64,000 bases of DNA, from positions 1 through 64,000 of the IMG/VR virus record IMGVR_UViG_3300033405_000004; one strand, 5' to 3'. This DNA comes from a virus. Positions within the stretch are counted from its first letter, which is position 1. Every line of letters starts with the position of its first letter. Positions 9,791 through 19,881 of this stretch are shown in pieces. A program made the translations under genes and the position numbers. The notes under the pieces are model-generated. The model searched no databases and was not told the DNA's origin. It was given only the letters and a program-made list of their open reading frames with translations.

Positions 9791-10021
9791 ATGAAACGTC
9801 CGCTGCTAGATCGTATCCCACTCCCCTCCCCATTTCCTGTGGTGGGCCCGGCGGGTCAGGGTTACATCACAATGCGGCCAGGGCAATGGGACGCTCTTTT
9901 GGCCGCTGCATACGAAAATGGCTGGACGCTCCTCGAAATCGTCAACGAGAGGGTGGTGCGGGCATACAGGCTCACCAGCCGACCCCCGCGAGTTCCGCCG
10001 GTTGCTCCCGCGCCGAAGTGA
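9791..10021 (+). CDS. hypothetical protein
   Basis: ATG 9791, fills gap. Confidence 0.5.
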   Translation: MKRPLLDRIPLPSPFPVVGPAGQGYITMRPGQWDALLAAAYENGWTLLEIVNERVVRAYRLTSRPPRVPPVAPAPK

Positions 10022-10036
10022 GTTCTCATAGGCTTT

Positions 10037-10396
10037 ATGGAAACCGTGAAAATCGACAAGGAAAAGCTGCTGGCCAAGCTCGTGGCCAACAGGAACGCCC
10101 ACCGCGCCATCTTCCTCAAGGCGCAGGAGGGCTACCGGAAGACCGTCATCCGGCAGCTCGACAAGATGCTCAGGCTGGCCCGCAGGGGCAAGCGCATCCC
10201 CCTCCAGGTCCAGGTGCAGGTCGCGGCCCCCGTCGACCAGACTGAGGACTACGACCGTGTCATTTCGATGATGCGCTGGACCAAGGACAAGGTCATCGAG
10301 CTGACCGAGGGCGAGTTCGCCCAGTACGTCCTCGACCAGTGGCGCTGGAGCGCGCAGGCCGGGGTCAGCAACGCCTACTATTCGAGGGTGAAGTAG
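10037..10396 (+). CDS. hypothetical protein
   Basis: 119 aa, good codon bias. Confidence 0.8.
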   Translation: METVKIDKEKLLAKLVANRNAHRAIFLKAQEGYRKTVIRQLDKMLRLARRGKRIPLQVQVQVAAPVDQTEDYDRVISMMRWTKDKVIELTEGEFAQYVLDQWRWSAQAGVSNAYYSRVK

Positions 10397-10398
10397 CC

Positions 10399-10860
10399 GT
10401 GTACGTCTACGTCCACCGCGACGAGTTCGGCAGGAGGGTGGCGCACGTCGCCGACGACGCGTCGACGATACTCCACGTCGCCCTGCCGAGGCCCCCGGAG
10501 AGCGGCTTCAAGCTGGAGGACTGCAAGGTGGACGAGCTGGTGGACCACCGGGACTTCCGCGACGCGGGCCCAGCCGCGGGCGACGGCTGGGTCGTCAGGC
10601 GGCCCGACGGGTCGTGGCCTTCCCAGCCGAACCCCGGCCAGCCGGTCGAGGCCTACTGCGTGGAGGTGGCCACGGACGGCCAGGTGCAGACGCTGAAGAC
10701 CAGGATGTGCCTAAGCGGCGTCCCGCCCGCCTACCTTTCAATGTACGTCGGGCTCCGCCCCGCCTGCCTGGCGTGGCGTCCGCTCGACCCCGGCTTCGCG
10801 AAGCTCCCCGTCGCGTGGCTGTGGGAGGGCAAGCCGGGGAAGGGGACGGCGGCGGGATGA
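10399..10860 (+). CDS. hypothetical protein
   Basis: GTG 2 nt after upstream stop. Confidence 0.65.
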   Translation: MYVYVHRDEFGRRVAHVADDASTILHVALPRPPESGFKLEDCKVDELVDHRDFRDAGPAAGDGWVVRRPDGSWPSQPNPGQPVEAYCVEVATDGQVQTLKTRMCLSGVPPAYLSMYVGLRPACLAWRPLDPGFAKLPVAWLWEGKPGKGTAAG

Positions 10861-10986
10861 TCACCAAGGCCGTCAGATTCGAGGCGAGCCAGGGCTGCTC
10901 CGGCGACTTTTGGTTCCGGGCGTGGAGGGTCACCACGTGGCGGCTGTTCGGCATCATAACCATCCATGAAAAAAGAGAGCAAATCT

Positions 10987-11364
10987 ATGACGAATGAGGG
11001 TGTCCACCTCATCGCGGTCGAGCGCGCCCGCCAGGTCGAGGCCGAGGGCTTCGACGCCGGCCGCGACGACGCCTACCGGGCCGGCGAGCTGGAGCGCGGG
11101 GCGGCCGCCTACGCCCTCAACGCCGGCGGCGTCCGCGCCGAGAACATGTGCCTGCCCAACAAGGAGGGCGTCATGGTCACCGTCTGGCCGTGGAAGGCCT
11201 CCTGGTGGAAGCCGGGCACCTCCGAGCACCGCCGGGTGCTCAGGACTGAGAAGGAGGCCGCCGCGGGCAGGCTGGAGGATGAGATCCGTGACCTGGCCAG
11301 GGCCGGCGCCCTGTGCGCCGCCGCTATCGACAAGCGCCTGCGGGCGCTGGGGAAGAAGGCGTGA
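10987..11364 (+). CDS. conserved phage hypothetical protein
   Basis: ERARQVEAEGF..DD..GEL..AAAYA..WPW..WWKP..LARAGAL pattern common in phages. Confidence 0.75.
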   Translation: MTNEGVHLIAVERARQVEAEGFDAGRDDAYRAGELERGAAAYALNAGGVRAENMCLPNKEGVMVTVWPWKASWWKPGTSEHRRVLRTEKEAAAGRLEDEIRDLARAGALCAAAIDKRLRALGKKA

Positions 11365-11780
11365 GCGGCTCCAACAGATTCACCGTGTGCGCCGTCTACG
11401 ACGGCGACGTGCAGGCCGTGCTGCGGGCCGCGCCCGGGGCCGCGAACCCCGTCGCCGGCGCGCACCCCCCGGTCATCGTGGTCCTCGACGGGGCCGACCT
11501 GCTGCCCAAGGTGCACAACGTCCAGCGGGGGCGCCCCTACACCGTGGCGCTCACCGAGGGTTGGCTGGGAAAGGGCTACGCCGAGGCTGGCCAGCAGGAC
11601 ATGCTCAACGCCATGTTCGCGCAGCTCGACGCGGAGGCCCGCCCGCTCGGCCTGCGGCTGGTGGACGTGGGGATGCTCCCCTACGTCCTGGAGGACATCG
11701 TGGGCGAGGTCCAGAAGGTCATCGTGCGGGTCACCGCGGGCGCCGGCAAGAGGCTGAGCGGGAACCGGAAGGATTTATGA
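11361..11780 (+). CDS. hypothetical protein
   Basis: GTGA coupling. Confidence 0.7.
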   Translation: MSGSNRFTVCAVYDGDVQAVLRAAPGAANPVAGAHPPVIVVLDGADLLPKVHNVQRGRPYTVALTEGWLGKGYAEAGQQDMLNAMFAQLDAEARPLGLRLVDVGMLPYVLEDIVGEVQKVIVRVTAGAGKRLSGNRKDL

Positions 11781-12388
11781 GCATCGAACTGACATGGTAC
11801 TGGCACGTGCACCACGAGGTGCTCCTGGAGCCCCTCAGCGAGACGGCCGACAAGCGGCGCAAGGTCATCAAGGAGTCGAAGACGGCCTCCGAGCGGGCCA
11901 CCCGCCTGCTCTGGATGCAGCCCCTCCTCCTCGACCCCGACGACTTGCCCCGCGCCGTCCTGGACTGTGCCAAAAAATGGTGCGCGCGGGGCGGCTGGCC
12001 AGCCTCCAACGACGCCCTTGAGGACATGAAGAGGGCCATCCTCAAATGCAAGGCCGAGCTGCGCGCCCTCCACGCGCGGGAGCTGCCGCTCGCGCCCTGG
12101 GACTGGGACGAGATGAAGATGGTCTTCCCCGGCGAGTGGCCCAAGGACGAGGTCGCCGCCGGCTACAACCCGTGCAAGCTGCGCGGCTCGCGCGTGGGCG
12201 TGAAGGACGGCTGGCGCCTGTTGGCGCCCGAGGAGATCGGGCCTAGGGCACCGACGCCTGAAATTGAGATATGGCTCCCCGGTGAGGACGGTACCCTCAG
12301 TTGGTATAGGTCGGCGGACGGCTGCCAGGGTAGCGACCTCAAGGCCACATACCGCACTAAGCTTCGGAACCCTATTCCGAGGAACTAA
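11777..12388 (+). CDS. hypothetical protein
   Basis: WHVHHEVLLEPL motif; ATGA coupling. Confidence 0.7.
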   Translation: MSIELTWYWHVHHEVLLEPLSETADKRRKVIKESKTASERATRLLWMQPLLLDPDDLPRAVLDCAKKWCARGGWPASNDALEDMKRAILKCKAELRALHARELPLAPWDWDEMKMVFPGEWPKDEVAAGYNPCKLRGSRVGVKDGWRLLAPEEIGPRAPTPEIEIWLPGEDGTLSWYRSADGCQGSDLKATYRTKLRNPIPRN

Positions 12389-12398
12389 GAGGCATCTT

Positions 12399-13244
12399 AT
12401 GAAAAAACCAAGTTTGATCAAGACGCTCATCGCGGCCATTAGCGGCCGCACAGCCGACGAGGTCGAGGAAGCGGTCGTGAAAGATCAGAAGGAGTCGCCG
12501 GGCGGCGACTTCCTCGCCGACTTCCGCTCCGACCGGTTCGCCGGCGGCGGCTTCGCCCATACTGGCCCGACCCAGTATAGCCTCATCAACATGGTCTCGA
12601 CCAACGCGACGACCCCCACCGCCGCGTGGCTGACGCCCGACACGTCCGGCGTGCAGGTGCTCGGCGTGCCCGCCCCGGCCCCGGAGAAGGTGGCCAAGAT
12701 CAGGGTGCGCCCCAAGGAGGTGCTGGCCGAGCTCGGCCGCGTCCCCACGCACTGGTCGCTGGAGGGCCTCGACACGAAGATCGAGATGATGGAGGCCAAG
12801 CGGTCCCTCATCCAGGGCACCAAGTACTCCACCGCCGAGGTCGACGCCCTGCTCCAGTGCCTGCGCAACCGCAAGAAGTACGACGCCAAGTCCAAGGACG
12901 GCACCACCTTCCGCGAGTTCTTCTCCCGCCTCGACACCACCGACCACGCCAAGGTCATGGCCCTGTGCGAGAAGCACGAGCTCGTGCTCAAGGACGCCGA
13001 CATGTTCATCCCCGAGATGCCCGACGAGGCCACCCGGATGATGAAAGCCGTCACTGATAGGACCATGGAGTTGTGTGGCAAGAAGCCTCGGCTCTTCGTG
13101 ATCGCCACCAACGACCAGTTCCGCGAGGTCGCCGACCGCGAGATCAAGCGTGATCCCATCGTGCTGGCCCAGTCCCCCTTCGGCTTTTACTACTACATCC
13201 TCGGCGCCTGGGATGCCGAGATGCTCTACCTGCCCGAGCTGTGA
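12399..13244 (+). CDS. conserved phage hypothetical protein
   Basis: C-terminal DPIVLAQSPFGFYYYILGAWD. Confidence 0.8.
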   Translation: MKKPSLIKTLIAAISGRTADEVEEAVVKDQKESPGGDFLADFRSDRFAGGGFAHTGPTQYSLINMVSTNATTPTAAWLTPDTSGVQVLGVPAPAPEKVAKIRVRPKEVLAELGRVPTHWSLEGLDTKIEMMEAKRSLIQGTKYSTAEVDALLQCLRNRKKYDAKSKDGTTFREFFSRLDTTDHAKVMALCEKHELVLKDADMFIPEMPDEATRMMKAVTDRTMELCGKKPRLFVIATNDQFREVADREIKRDPIVLAQSPFGFYYYILGAWDAEMLYLPEL

Positions 13245-13464
13245 TCAAGATTCAACACCCGAATGGCGAGATTGTGCCCTACCATGAGGCGTCCTCGCTC
13301 AGTAGCCTGATGTGCGCCCTTGATAGCCCACGCACTAAGCAGATCGCGTGGGTCAACGGCTGCCCCGTTGTGCGCGACAGGTCACCAAAACGTAGGCGCC
13401 GCAGGCTTCTCGGTGGGTTGGATACGCCCAGGCGACGGGTAATCATGGACATCGTATACCCTCA

Positions 13465-13713
13465 ATGAAACGTTTAGCTATCTTCCACATCTCGCGTGGC
13501 TACCGCTGCGTAACTGTCTGGGACTCGGCGCTTGGAAGCCACGAGCGGGAGTGCATCTCCCGGTGCTTCCCGAACAGGGCCCTGCCGCGGCGGGTGCGCT
13601 ACGCCGAGATCGTCAGCTACCTCAAGGTCCGGCACGGGCTCAGGGCGCCGCCCTACAAGCCGACCAAGGCGGAGGCGCGCAAGTTCCTGCTCCGACGGCG
13701 GGTGGGCCGATGA
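13465..13713 (+). CDS. hypothetical protein
   Basis: coupled operon member. Confidence 0.55.
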   Translation: MKRLAIFHISRGYRCVTVWDSALGSHERECISRCFPNRALPRRVRYAEIVSYLKVRHGLRAPPYKPTKAEARKFLLRRRVGR

Positions 13714-13937
13714 AGCTGAACCCGAAGCTTTTTGTGGACGCGGCGAAGTGGCTGGCCCGTGACGACGCCTACGAGCTCCCGGCGGGCCTGGCGCTCATCG
13801 CGTCGGCCCGCAGGCCCGGGGAGGCCGACCAGGCCGTCGGCTTCCTCGTCTCGGTCTTCGGGGAGGGCGCCACCTGGCAGCCGGACAACCTCGCCCGCCA
13901 GATCGCCCTGCTCCTCTGCGCGGAACTGCTGCGATGA
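13710..13937 (+). CDS. hypothetical protein
   Basis: ATGA coupling. Confidence 0.6.
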   Translation: MKLNPKLFVDAAKWLARDDAYELPAGLALIASARRPGEADQAVGFLVSVFGEGATWQPDNLARQIALLLCAELLR

Positions 13938-14350
13938 CGACCATGACCGACCCCCTCAAGCCTCCGCCGCCCCTCCTCTTCAAGCTGGCCGGGGTTGTCG
14001 CCAGCCTGAAGGAGTGGTTCGACGGCCAGAGCTCGATGAAGCTGCTGGCGGCCAACTCCCTGCTCCACGACGCCGAGGTGCAGGATTGGCTGGTGGCCAT
14101 GGCGCCGCTCTGCCGCCAGCTCGACGACGGGCTCCTGTTCTTCTGCGCCGAGTGCGGCAGGCCCACGACCCGCGGCGTCGAGCTGGCGACCGGCCGCGTC
14201 TTGGTCGACGGGGTCGACGCCGGCCAGGGCGTCTTCCTCTGCGAGGAGCACATGCCGGAGCCTGGCGCGACGCCGCCGTTCGCGGCGACGCCGCCCCACC
14301 AGCCCCGTGGTTGTAAGCGCGTGCGATTCCGCTGGCCTGAACCCGTCTGA
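13934..14350 (+). CDS. hypothetical protein with CxxC / CxxH
   Basis: CAECG...LCEEH. Confidence 0.6.
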   Translation: MTTMTDPLKPPPPLLFKLAGVVASLKEWFDGQSSMKLLAANSLLHDAEVQDWLVAMAPLCRQLDDGLLFFCAECGRPTTRGVELATGRVLVDGVDAGQGVFLCEEHMPEPGATPPFAATPPHQPRGCKRVRFRWPEPV

Positions 14351-14532
14351 GTCATGAGTGATGGCCACCCTTTTTGCCCAAAGTGCGGCCGTGTTGTGGA
14401 AAAGCTTTTGATTTATGGTCAGATCTCTTATTCGTGTTCACATTGCCGTGAATGGGGACCCTGGAGACAGCGGGGGAAGAACCCCGCACTTATACGTCGG
14501 CCTGTCCAGCCTCAGTGTTCTGTAAACAAAAC

Positions 14533-14928
14533 ATGAACTGGCTCCTTCTCATTCCGATCCTGCTTGGGGTGGTGCTCGTCGCCTTCGCCGCGAGGATCAC
14601 GGTCAAGCGCCTCTGTCGCAGGGAGTACGACTACTTGCCGCACCGCCGCCGCTTCTTCAACCTGGAAGGCTTGGACCAGGCTTCGGAGGGCATTTCGCTG
14701 GTTGGCCAGCCGGTGGTCGGCGACGCGCTGGTGGAGTATCGGCGTGAGGTCGGGGACGAGATGATCGTCTGGCTGCAGGACGACGGGACGGCGGTGGGCG
14801 CCACGACCGTGTACGGGAAGTTCGTCTTCGACAACAGCCACAGCCCGAGCAGGTTTTCGCCCTACGTCCCGCTGGAGGACCTGACCAGGGTCAGGTTCAA
14901 GGGTGGCCGCTTCGGGGTCGGCGGGTGA
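14533..14928 (+). CDS. membrane-anchored hypothetical protein
   Basis: N-terminal TM helix. Confidence 0.65.
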   Translation: MNWLLLIPILLGVVLVAFAARITVKRLCRREYDYLPHRRRFFNLEGLDQASEGISLVGQPVVGDALVEYRREVGDEMIVWLQDDGTAVGATTVYGKFVFDNSHSPSRFSPYVPLEDLTRVRFKGGRFGVGG

Positions 14929-14972
14929 AGTATTAGTAACTCATTCCTTTTGATAACCCTAACTACTGAACC

Positions 14973-15146
14973 ATGATCCTGCCCACCGACGACGAGTGCC
15001 GGCGCGTGATCGAGGCGCTGGACGGCGAGCCCAACCTGACCGAATGGGAGGCCGAGTTCGTAGAGTCGAACCTCGACCGCAGGGAGTTCACCCCGGCGCA
15101 GCGGGCGTCCGTCGCCCGGCTCAAGGAGAAGTACGAGGTGGGCTGA
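14973..15146 (+). CDS. small hypothetical protein
   Basis: MILPTDDECRRVIEALDGEPNLTEWEAEFVES..., 57 aa, TGATG coupling. Confidence 0.65.
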   Translation: MILPTDDECRRVIEALDGEPNLTEWEAEFVESNLDRREFTPAQRASVARLKEKYEVG

Positions 15147-15481
15147 TGGGCGTGCACGACAACTCGGCAGCCTCCCACGACAAGCTCGTCGCGAGCGGGA
15201 AGGCGCAGAAGCGGGCGGTGAGGATTCTCGCCAGCCTCCGGGTGGCCGGCGTCCCCATGACGGACCGGCAGCTGATGGCCCTCGGCTACCAGGACCCGAA
15301 CACCGTGCGGCCCAGGATCACCGGGCTGGTGCAGAAGGGCGTGCTCAAGGAGGCGGGCACGGTCTTCGACGAGGAGACGAAGAGGGACGTGCGGCTCGTC
15401 GCCATCGGGACCGGCGTCCTCCCCGCGCCCCGGAAGGGCCGCCCGCCTGCGGAGCGCCGCACCCAGGAGGAGCCGGACTGA
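15146..15481 (+). CDS. winged-HTH DNA-binding protein
   Basis: MTDRQLMALG..DPNTVRPRITGLVQKGVL. Confidence 0.7.
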   Translation: MGVHDNSAASHDKLVASGKAQKRAVRILASLRVAGVPMTDRQLMALGYQDPNTVRPRITGLVQKGVLKEAGTVFDEETKRDVRLVAIGTGVLPAPRKGRPPAERRTQEEPD

Positions 15482-15888
15482 TGGACGACCCGACCCGGTT
15501 CATCAGGGAGCACCCCGTCTGGTCGAAGACTATCGGCTTCGGCCTGGTTCTGCTGGTCGCCCTGGGATGGTGGGCCTGGGGGTGCAAACAGCTTATGCCC
15601 AAATCAATCAGCCTCGAAAGGTTCCTTGTGGGGGTTCTGCTCGCCGGGCTCGTGGCGTTCTCCCTCGGGTTGTACGTCCATCGCCACCCGCTGGTCGTGG
15701 TCAACATGCCCGCCGACGCTAAGCCGCTCGCTCAGCTCCCGGCCGACAAGGTGCTGGCCGGCGATCGCGCCGTGCTCTGGTGGACGGTGTTCAAGTGCAC
15801 CCTCGACAAAAACCCCGGGTGGATCGGCTTGTCTGTCCACGCCGCCGACCGTGCGGTTGAGGAGGTCTATGGCCCGCCCCATCCGTAG
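15481..15888 (+). CDS. membrane protein
   Basis: two TM helices. Confidence 0.65.
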   Translation: MDDPTRFIREHPVWSKTIGFGLVLLVALGWWAWGCKQLMPKSISLERFLVGVLLAGLVAFSLGLYVHRHPLVVVNMPADAKPLAQLPADKVLAGDRAVLWWTVFKCTLDKNPGWIGLSVHAADRAVEEVYGPPHP

Positions 15889-16117
15889 GTTCGACTTCGG
15901 CGATGCGGCGCCGCCGTCAAGCGGTTCGGCGCCCGCGGCAGGGTGGGGGCCGTGGCGGGTGGTCGCGACGCAGCAGCCACCCGGGGAGAGGTGGCGGTCC
16001 GTCCTGAGCGCCAGCGTCGCGCTGAGCGCCGGGCCGTGCGTCGAGATTTCGGCCGACACCGGCGGTGAGGCCCTGCGGCTGGCCCGGGAGATTGGGCGCT
16101 TCCTTAACGGGGGGTGA
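15869..16117 (+). CDS. PIRRFDF-motif small protein
   Basis: GGAGG then ATG 15869; MARPIRRFDFGD. Confidence 0.6.
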   Translation: MARPIRRFDFGDAAPPSSGSAPAAGWGPWRVVATQQPPGERWRSVLSASVALSAGPCVEISADTGGEALRLAREIGRFLNGG

Positions 16118-16119
16118 GC

Positions 16120-16284
16120 ATGGTGAAGATCTTCGCACTGCCCGTTTCGGTGCTGCTGGCCGCCTTCTTCATCATGGGCCGGCTGTCGTGGGGCTCGTCG
16201 TCGCCCCTCTGGAGCCTCGCCTTCCTCCTCGCCGGGGTCGGGGGTGGCGTGTGGATCAGGCGGCGTGCCGACAGAATGTCATAG
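16120..16284 (+). CDS. small membrane protein
   Basis: 54 aa, two hydrophobic segments. Confidence 0.55.
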   Translation: MVKIFALPVSVLLAAFFIMGRLSWGSSSPLWSLAFLLAGVGGGVWIRRRADRMS

Positions 16285-16328
16285 ACTTTTTTGTTTACAA
16301 ACGCGGCCCGACGTGTCACGCTCCCCCC

Positions 16329-16805
16329 ATGAGCGCGAAGTACTCCTGGAAGTGGCAGGGCGACGCCCGCTGGAGCCGGTCGCTGGTGACCGTCCTGCGC
16401 CATCGCGCTGGCTGTCCTGCGGATGTTCTGTGGCGCCGTCGCGTCACCCGGCGGCGCCAGGATGTGCGCTGCCTTGGTTCCGCGCTGGTCGAGCGCGCCC
16501 TCCACAACTTCATCAAGTGTCAGTGCGGCGCACTGGCCGTGGACATGGGCCTGCGCAGCCGCGCGTCCGAGATGCGCGTCGAGCAGTGCTGTTCCGTGTC
16601 CTTGATGGCGATCAGCTGCGTGTTGGCGCGGGGCGAGTGCTCGTCCCGCTTGGCCAGGGCGATGTTGCTCGCCGCTACCCTCGGTTACATGGGCCCCGTG
16701 GCGGGCGCCGCTTCGGCGCTCCGGCTGCGTAGCCGCCGCAGGGGCGAGACACCCCCGGTCAAGCTGCTGGAGTCCTTCCTGTTCGCCTACCTGCCTCGTC
16801 CGTGA
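16329..16805 (+). CDS. hypothetical protein
   Basis: downstream of TTTACA-17-CACGCT promoter-like sequence. Confidence 0.55.
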   Translation: MSAKYSWKWQGDARWSRSLVTVLRHRAGCPADVLWRRRVTRRRQDVRCLGSALVERALHNFIKCQCGALAVDMGLRSRASEMRVEQCCSVSLMAISCVLARGECSSRLARAMLLAATLGYMGPVAGAASALRLRSRRRGETPPVKLLESFLFAYLPRP

Positions 16806-17101
16806 CCGTCAACGTCAAGTTCGTCAGGAAGCCGGGCCGGTTCGGATGGTTCTTCTGCTCCGACTGCGCCGACCTCGTCCAGCTGCGGCTGGAGCGGGAG
16901 GGCTTCCCGCTGGCGTTCGACCAGCGGACGAACGAGCGGCGCGTGTTCAGGACCTTCTTCCGCGGCAGGCTCTACCGGGTCAGTGAGAGCATCTCGACGC
17001 CCGGCGGCTTCCACTCGCCGGTGGCCCACAGGGTCGCCGTCGAGATGATCGACCCCGCCCGGCGGGAGGACTTCGACGGGGAGTGGAGGGGTTCTAGTTA
17101 G
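16802..17101 (+). CDS. hypothetical protein
   Basis: GTGA coupling. Confidence 0.6.
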   Translation: MTVNVKFVRKPGRFGWFFCSDCADLVQLRLEREGFPLAFDQRTNERRVFRTFFRGRLYRVSESISTPGGFHSPVAHRVAVEMIDPARREDFDGEWRGSS

Positions 17102-17106
17102 TTGCC

Positions 17107-17655
17107 ATGGACGCGCCCGGCAGACCCGACTTCGTGGAGTTTTTCAAGGAGCTGGACGGCATCGCCCGCCGGGCCTACTCCGGCGACGGGTGCCCGCCCA
17201 TCACCGCCGCCCTCCAGCGCCGGGGCGGCGAGCTCGTGACCGTGTGCTTCGACGCCGGGCCGGAGCGCAACCCCCGTTACCTTCAGATTATGCGCCTCAT
17301 GGCCCTCGCGTTCGAGGCGGTGCACTTCGGCTTCGTCATGGACGCCTGGTACGTCAAGGGCGCCAAACCCGGCGACCCGGTGCCGGTGGCCGAGCACAGG
17401 CTGGAGGGCGTGATGGTCATGGCCTACCAGCTTGGCTCCCCGCTGCCCAGCATGAACGCCTACCGGGTGGCCCGCCCCGAGCTCGGTGGCCGCCGCGTGC
17501 TGACCATCGACCCCGACGGCGGCGGTCTCATCGAGTGGGGCGCCCACGTCCTGCCGTCCAAGCCCGCCCCGCCGTGGCTGCCGAAGATGGCGCGGCAGGC
17601 GCTCGACCAGATGGGCGTGCCGCTGCCGTGGAAGGAGATTGTGGGGTCGGGTTGA
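17107..17655 (+). CDS. hypothetical protein
   Basis: 182 aa, TAGTTA motif upstream. Confidence 0.75.
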   Translation: MDAPGRPDFVEFFKELDGIARRAYSGDGCPPITAALQRRGGELVTVCFDAGPERNPRYLQIMRLMALAFEAVHFGFVMDAWYVKGAKPGDPVPVAEHRLEGVMVMAYQLGSPLPSMNAYRVARPELGGRRVLTIDPDGGGLIEWGAHVLPSKPAPPWLPKMARQALDQMGVPLPWKEIVGSG

Positions 17656-17668
17656 GCGCGGCGCCCGG

Positions 17669-18388
17669 TCAGGACACTTTGAACATCGCCAGCGCGGAGA
17701 TCCGGGCGCGGTTCAGGAGGAAGGGCATCCGCAGATACCAGCAGTACGGGAGGGTCAGCGCCTGGCCGCCGCTGTTCCAGGTCAGGGTGTAGGTTGAGCC
17801 GTAGGCGCTGTTGAAGAGATCCGTGCGCAGCTTGTTGACGCTGTAGTCGCCGGCCAGGCTCGCGGTGTTCTGGACCCACTGGGCGGATATGGTCTGGTTC
17901 GACAGCCCCGAGTTGTTCAACACCAGCCTCATGCAGGAGGTGAAGCAGTACAGCGTGGCGGAGTACTGCGGGAATTGGATGACCGTCCCGGTGTCGGCGG
18001 ACTTGGTCAGGACGGAGGTCCCGTAGACGCTGACCAGGGCGTTGTTGCTGGCGCAGGTGATGTTCCCGGTGCCGCTGGCGTTGTTGCTCAGGACGTTGCT
18101 CACGCCCGTGGTCCCCAGCCCCAGGCCGACGAAGCTGGCGCCCGCCTGCCCCGGGAGGTTGAGCGAGGGGTCCTTGAGCCCCCAGCACACCCAGTCGAGA
18201 TAGGAGTAGGGGTAGATGGTCTCGGTCGTGCAGGCCTGCTGGAAGACGCCGACCGGCACGAAGGTGATCGTCATGCCCAGGCGCACCTCGTTCCACGCGG
18301 TCCACGGCGGGGAGCGCAGGAACGACTCGCGCGGCTCCTGGATCAGGATCTCGTCCTGCGTCACCGGCATCTGCTGGATTTCGCCCAT
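17669..18388 (-). CDS. putative tail/receptor-binding protein, paralog 3
   Basis: MGEIQQMPVTQD...WNEVRLG...LKD...WNSGG..L.LP..YLRMPF; beta-rich. Confidence 0.75.
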   Translation of the reverse strand: MGEIQQMPVTQDEILIQEPRESFLRSPPWTAWNEVRLGMTITFVPVGVFQQACTTETIYPYSYLDWVCWGLKDPSLNLPGQAGASFVGLGLGTTGVSNVLSNNASGTGNITCASNNALVSVYGTSVLTKSADTGTVIQFPQYSATLYCFTSCMRLVLNNSGLSNQTISAQWVQNTASLAGDYSVNKLRTDLFNSAYGSTYTLTWNSGGQALTLPYCWYLRMPFLLNRARISALAMFKVS

Positions 18389-18390
18389 GG

Positions 18391-19125
18391 CTAGGAGACC
18401 TTCCACATGCCCATCGTCGAGATCCTGGCGCGGCTGAGGTTGAAGGGCATCCGCAGGTACCAGCAGCACGGCAGCGCCAGCGCCACGCCGCCGCTGTTCC
18501 AGGTGAGGGTTTTGGAGCCCGAATATGAGGTGTTGAAGGTGTCCGTGCGCAGCTTGGCGACGCTGTAGTCGCCGGCGAGGCTGGCGATGTTGGCGTAGTA
18601 GCTGGCGGTGACCGTCTGGGTGGACAGGCCCGCGTTGTTCACGACGAACCTCAGCCCGTTGGTGAAGCAGTAGGCGGTCGGGGAGTACTGCGGGAAGCTG
18701 AGCACGAAGCCGGCGTCGGTGCTGGTCGCGACGTTCGTCGCCCCGTTCTGGGCGATGTAGATCTGGGCGCCGCCGCTCCCGATGTTCCCGTTGCCGGACA
18801 GGTTGCTGGCCAGGGCGATGGCGACCCCGCCGCTCCCCCAGCCCAGGCCGATGAACTGGCTGCCGGCGGCGCCCGGCAGGTTGCTGGAGGTGTCCTTCAG
18901 GCCCCAGCAGAACCAGTCCAGGTAGGTGGCGCTGGGGTTGGTGAGGGGCCCGATGGTCTCGGCGGGCGCGTAGGACGAGAAGTTCCCCGTGGGGACCATC
19001 GTGAACATCATCGCCAGCCGCACCTCCGTCCAGGTGGTCCACGGGGGCGCCCGGAGGTAGTACTCGCGCGGCTCCTGGATCAGCACCACGTCCTGCGTGA
19101 CCGACATCTGTTGGATTTCGCCCAT
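18391..19125 (-). CDS. putative tail/receptor-binding protein, paralog 2
   Basis: MGEIQQMSVTQD..., same conserved blocks as neighbours. Confidence 0.75.
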   Translation of the reverse strand: MGEIQQMSVTQDVVLIQEPREYYLRAPPWTTWTEVRLAMMFTMVPTGNFSSYAPAETIGPLTNPSATYLDWFCWGLKDTSSNLPGAAGSQFIGLGWGSGGVAIALASNLSGNGNIGSGGAQIYIAQNGATNVATSTDAGFVLSFPQYSPTAYCFTNGLRFVVNNAGLSTQTVTASYYANIASLAGDYSVAKLRTDTFNTSYSGSKTLTWNSGGVALALPCCWYLRMPFNLSRARISTMGMWKVS

Positions 19126-19139
19126 CGTAGTAAGTAGGC

Positions 19140-19880
19140 CTAGGAGATCTTGAGCACCTCGTGGCAGCTGAGCCGGATGCGGTTGTTGTTGAACGGGGCG
19201 CGCACGTAGAAGTCCGACGGCAGCGCCAGCGCCACGCCGCCGCTGTTCCAGGTGAGCGCGGAGAAGGCGGTGTAGGTCGAGGAGAAGAGCAGGCTGCGGA
19301 TGTTGTTTACGCTGAGGTCGGTGGCCGGCCCGGTGGTGGTGTTGACGGACGGCGTCACCGTCTGGTTGGAGAGGCCGGCGTTGTTCACCACCAGCTTCAG
19401 GGCCAGGAAGGCGCACACGTTGCCGGTGCTGAAGATCGGGTACTGGATGGTGAGGGTGGCGTCGATGTTGTCCGTGGAGAGGAGCGAGGTGCCGTTGATG
19501 CTGGCGACGTAGGAGTGGTTGCTGGACGTCTGGAGGTTGGCGGTGCCGCTGGCGTTGCTGTTCACCGTCACCGTGTAGGTGGCGGTCGTGCCGGGGAAGC
19601 AGAAGCCGATGAACGTGGAGCCCGCCCGGCCGGGCGCGGTGTCCGAGTCGTCCTTCAGGCCGAGCGTGAACCAGTCGAGGCAGCTGGCCGCCGTGATGGC
19701 CTCCGTCGAGCAGGCGGCGTCGCTGGAGACGGACGGGACCCAGGTGTAGAGGATGCCGAGCCGCACCTCGTTCCAGCTCGTGCCGATCAGGGACTGGCGC
19801 CGGTAGGCGGCGCGCGGGTCGGGGAGGATCACTACGTCGGTGCCCCCGTTCACTGCCCAGATGAAGCCTGAGGATGCCAT
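19140..19880 (-). CDS. putative tail/receptor-binding protein, paralog 1
   Basis: WNEVRLG, GLKD, LVVNNAGLSNQTVT, WNSGGVALALP blocks. Confidence 0.75.
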   Translation of the reverse strand: MASSGFIWAVNGGTDVVILPDPRAAYRRQSLIGTSWNEVRLGILYTWVPSVSSDAACSTEAITAASCLDWFTLGLKDDSDTAPGRAGSTFIGFCFPGTTATYTVTVNSNASGTANLQTSSNHSYVASINGTSLLSTDNIDATLTIQYPIFSTGNVCAFLALKLVVNNAGLSNQTVTPSVNTTTGPATDLSVNNIRSLLFSSTYTAFSALTWNSGGVALALPSDFYVRAPFNNNRIRLSCHEVLKIS

Positions 19881-19881
19881 G

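Noticed and set aside
17669-19880. Diversity-generating retroelement acting on the tail paralogs
   Set aside because: No reverse transcriptase in the window, and differences between paralogs are not adenine-specific.
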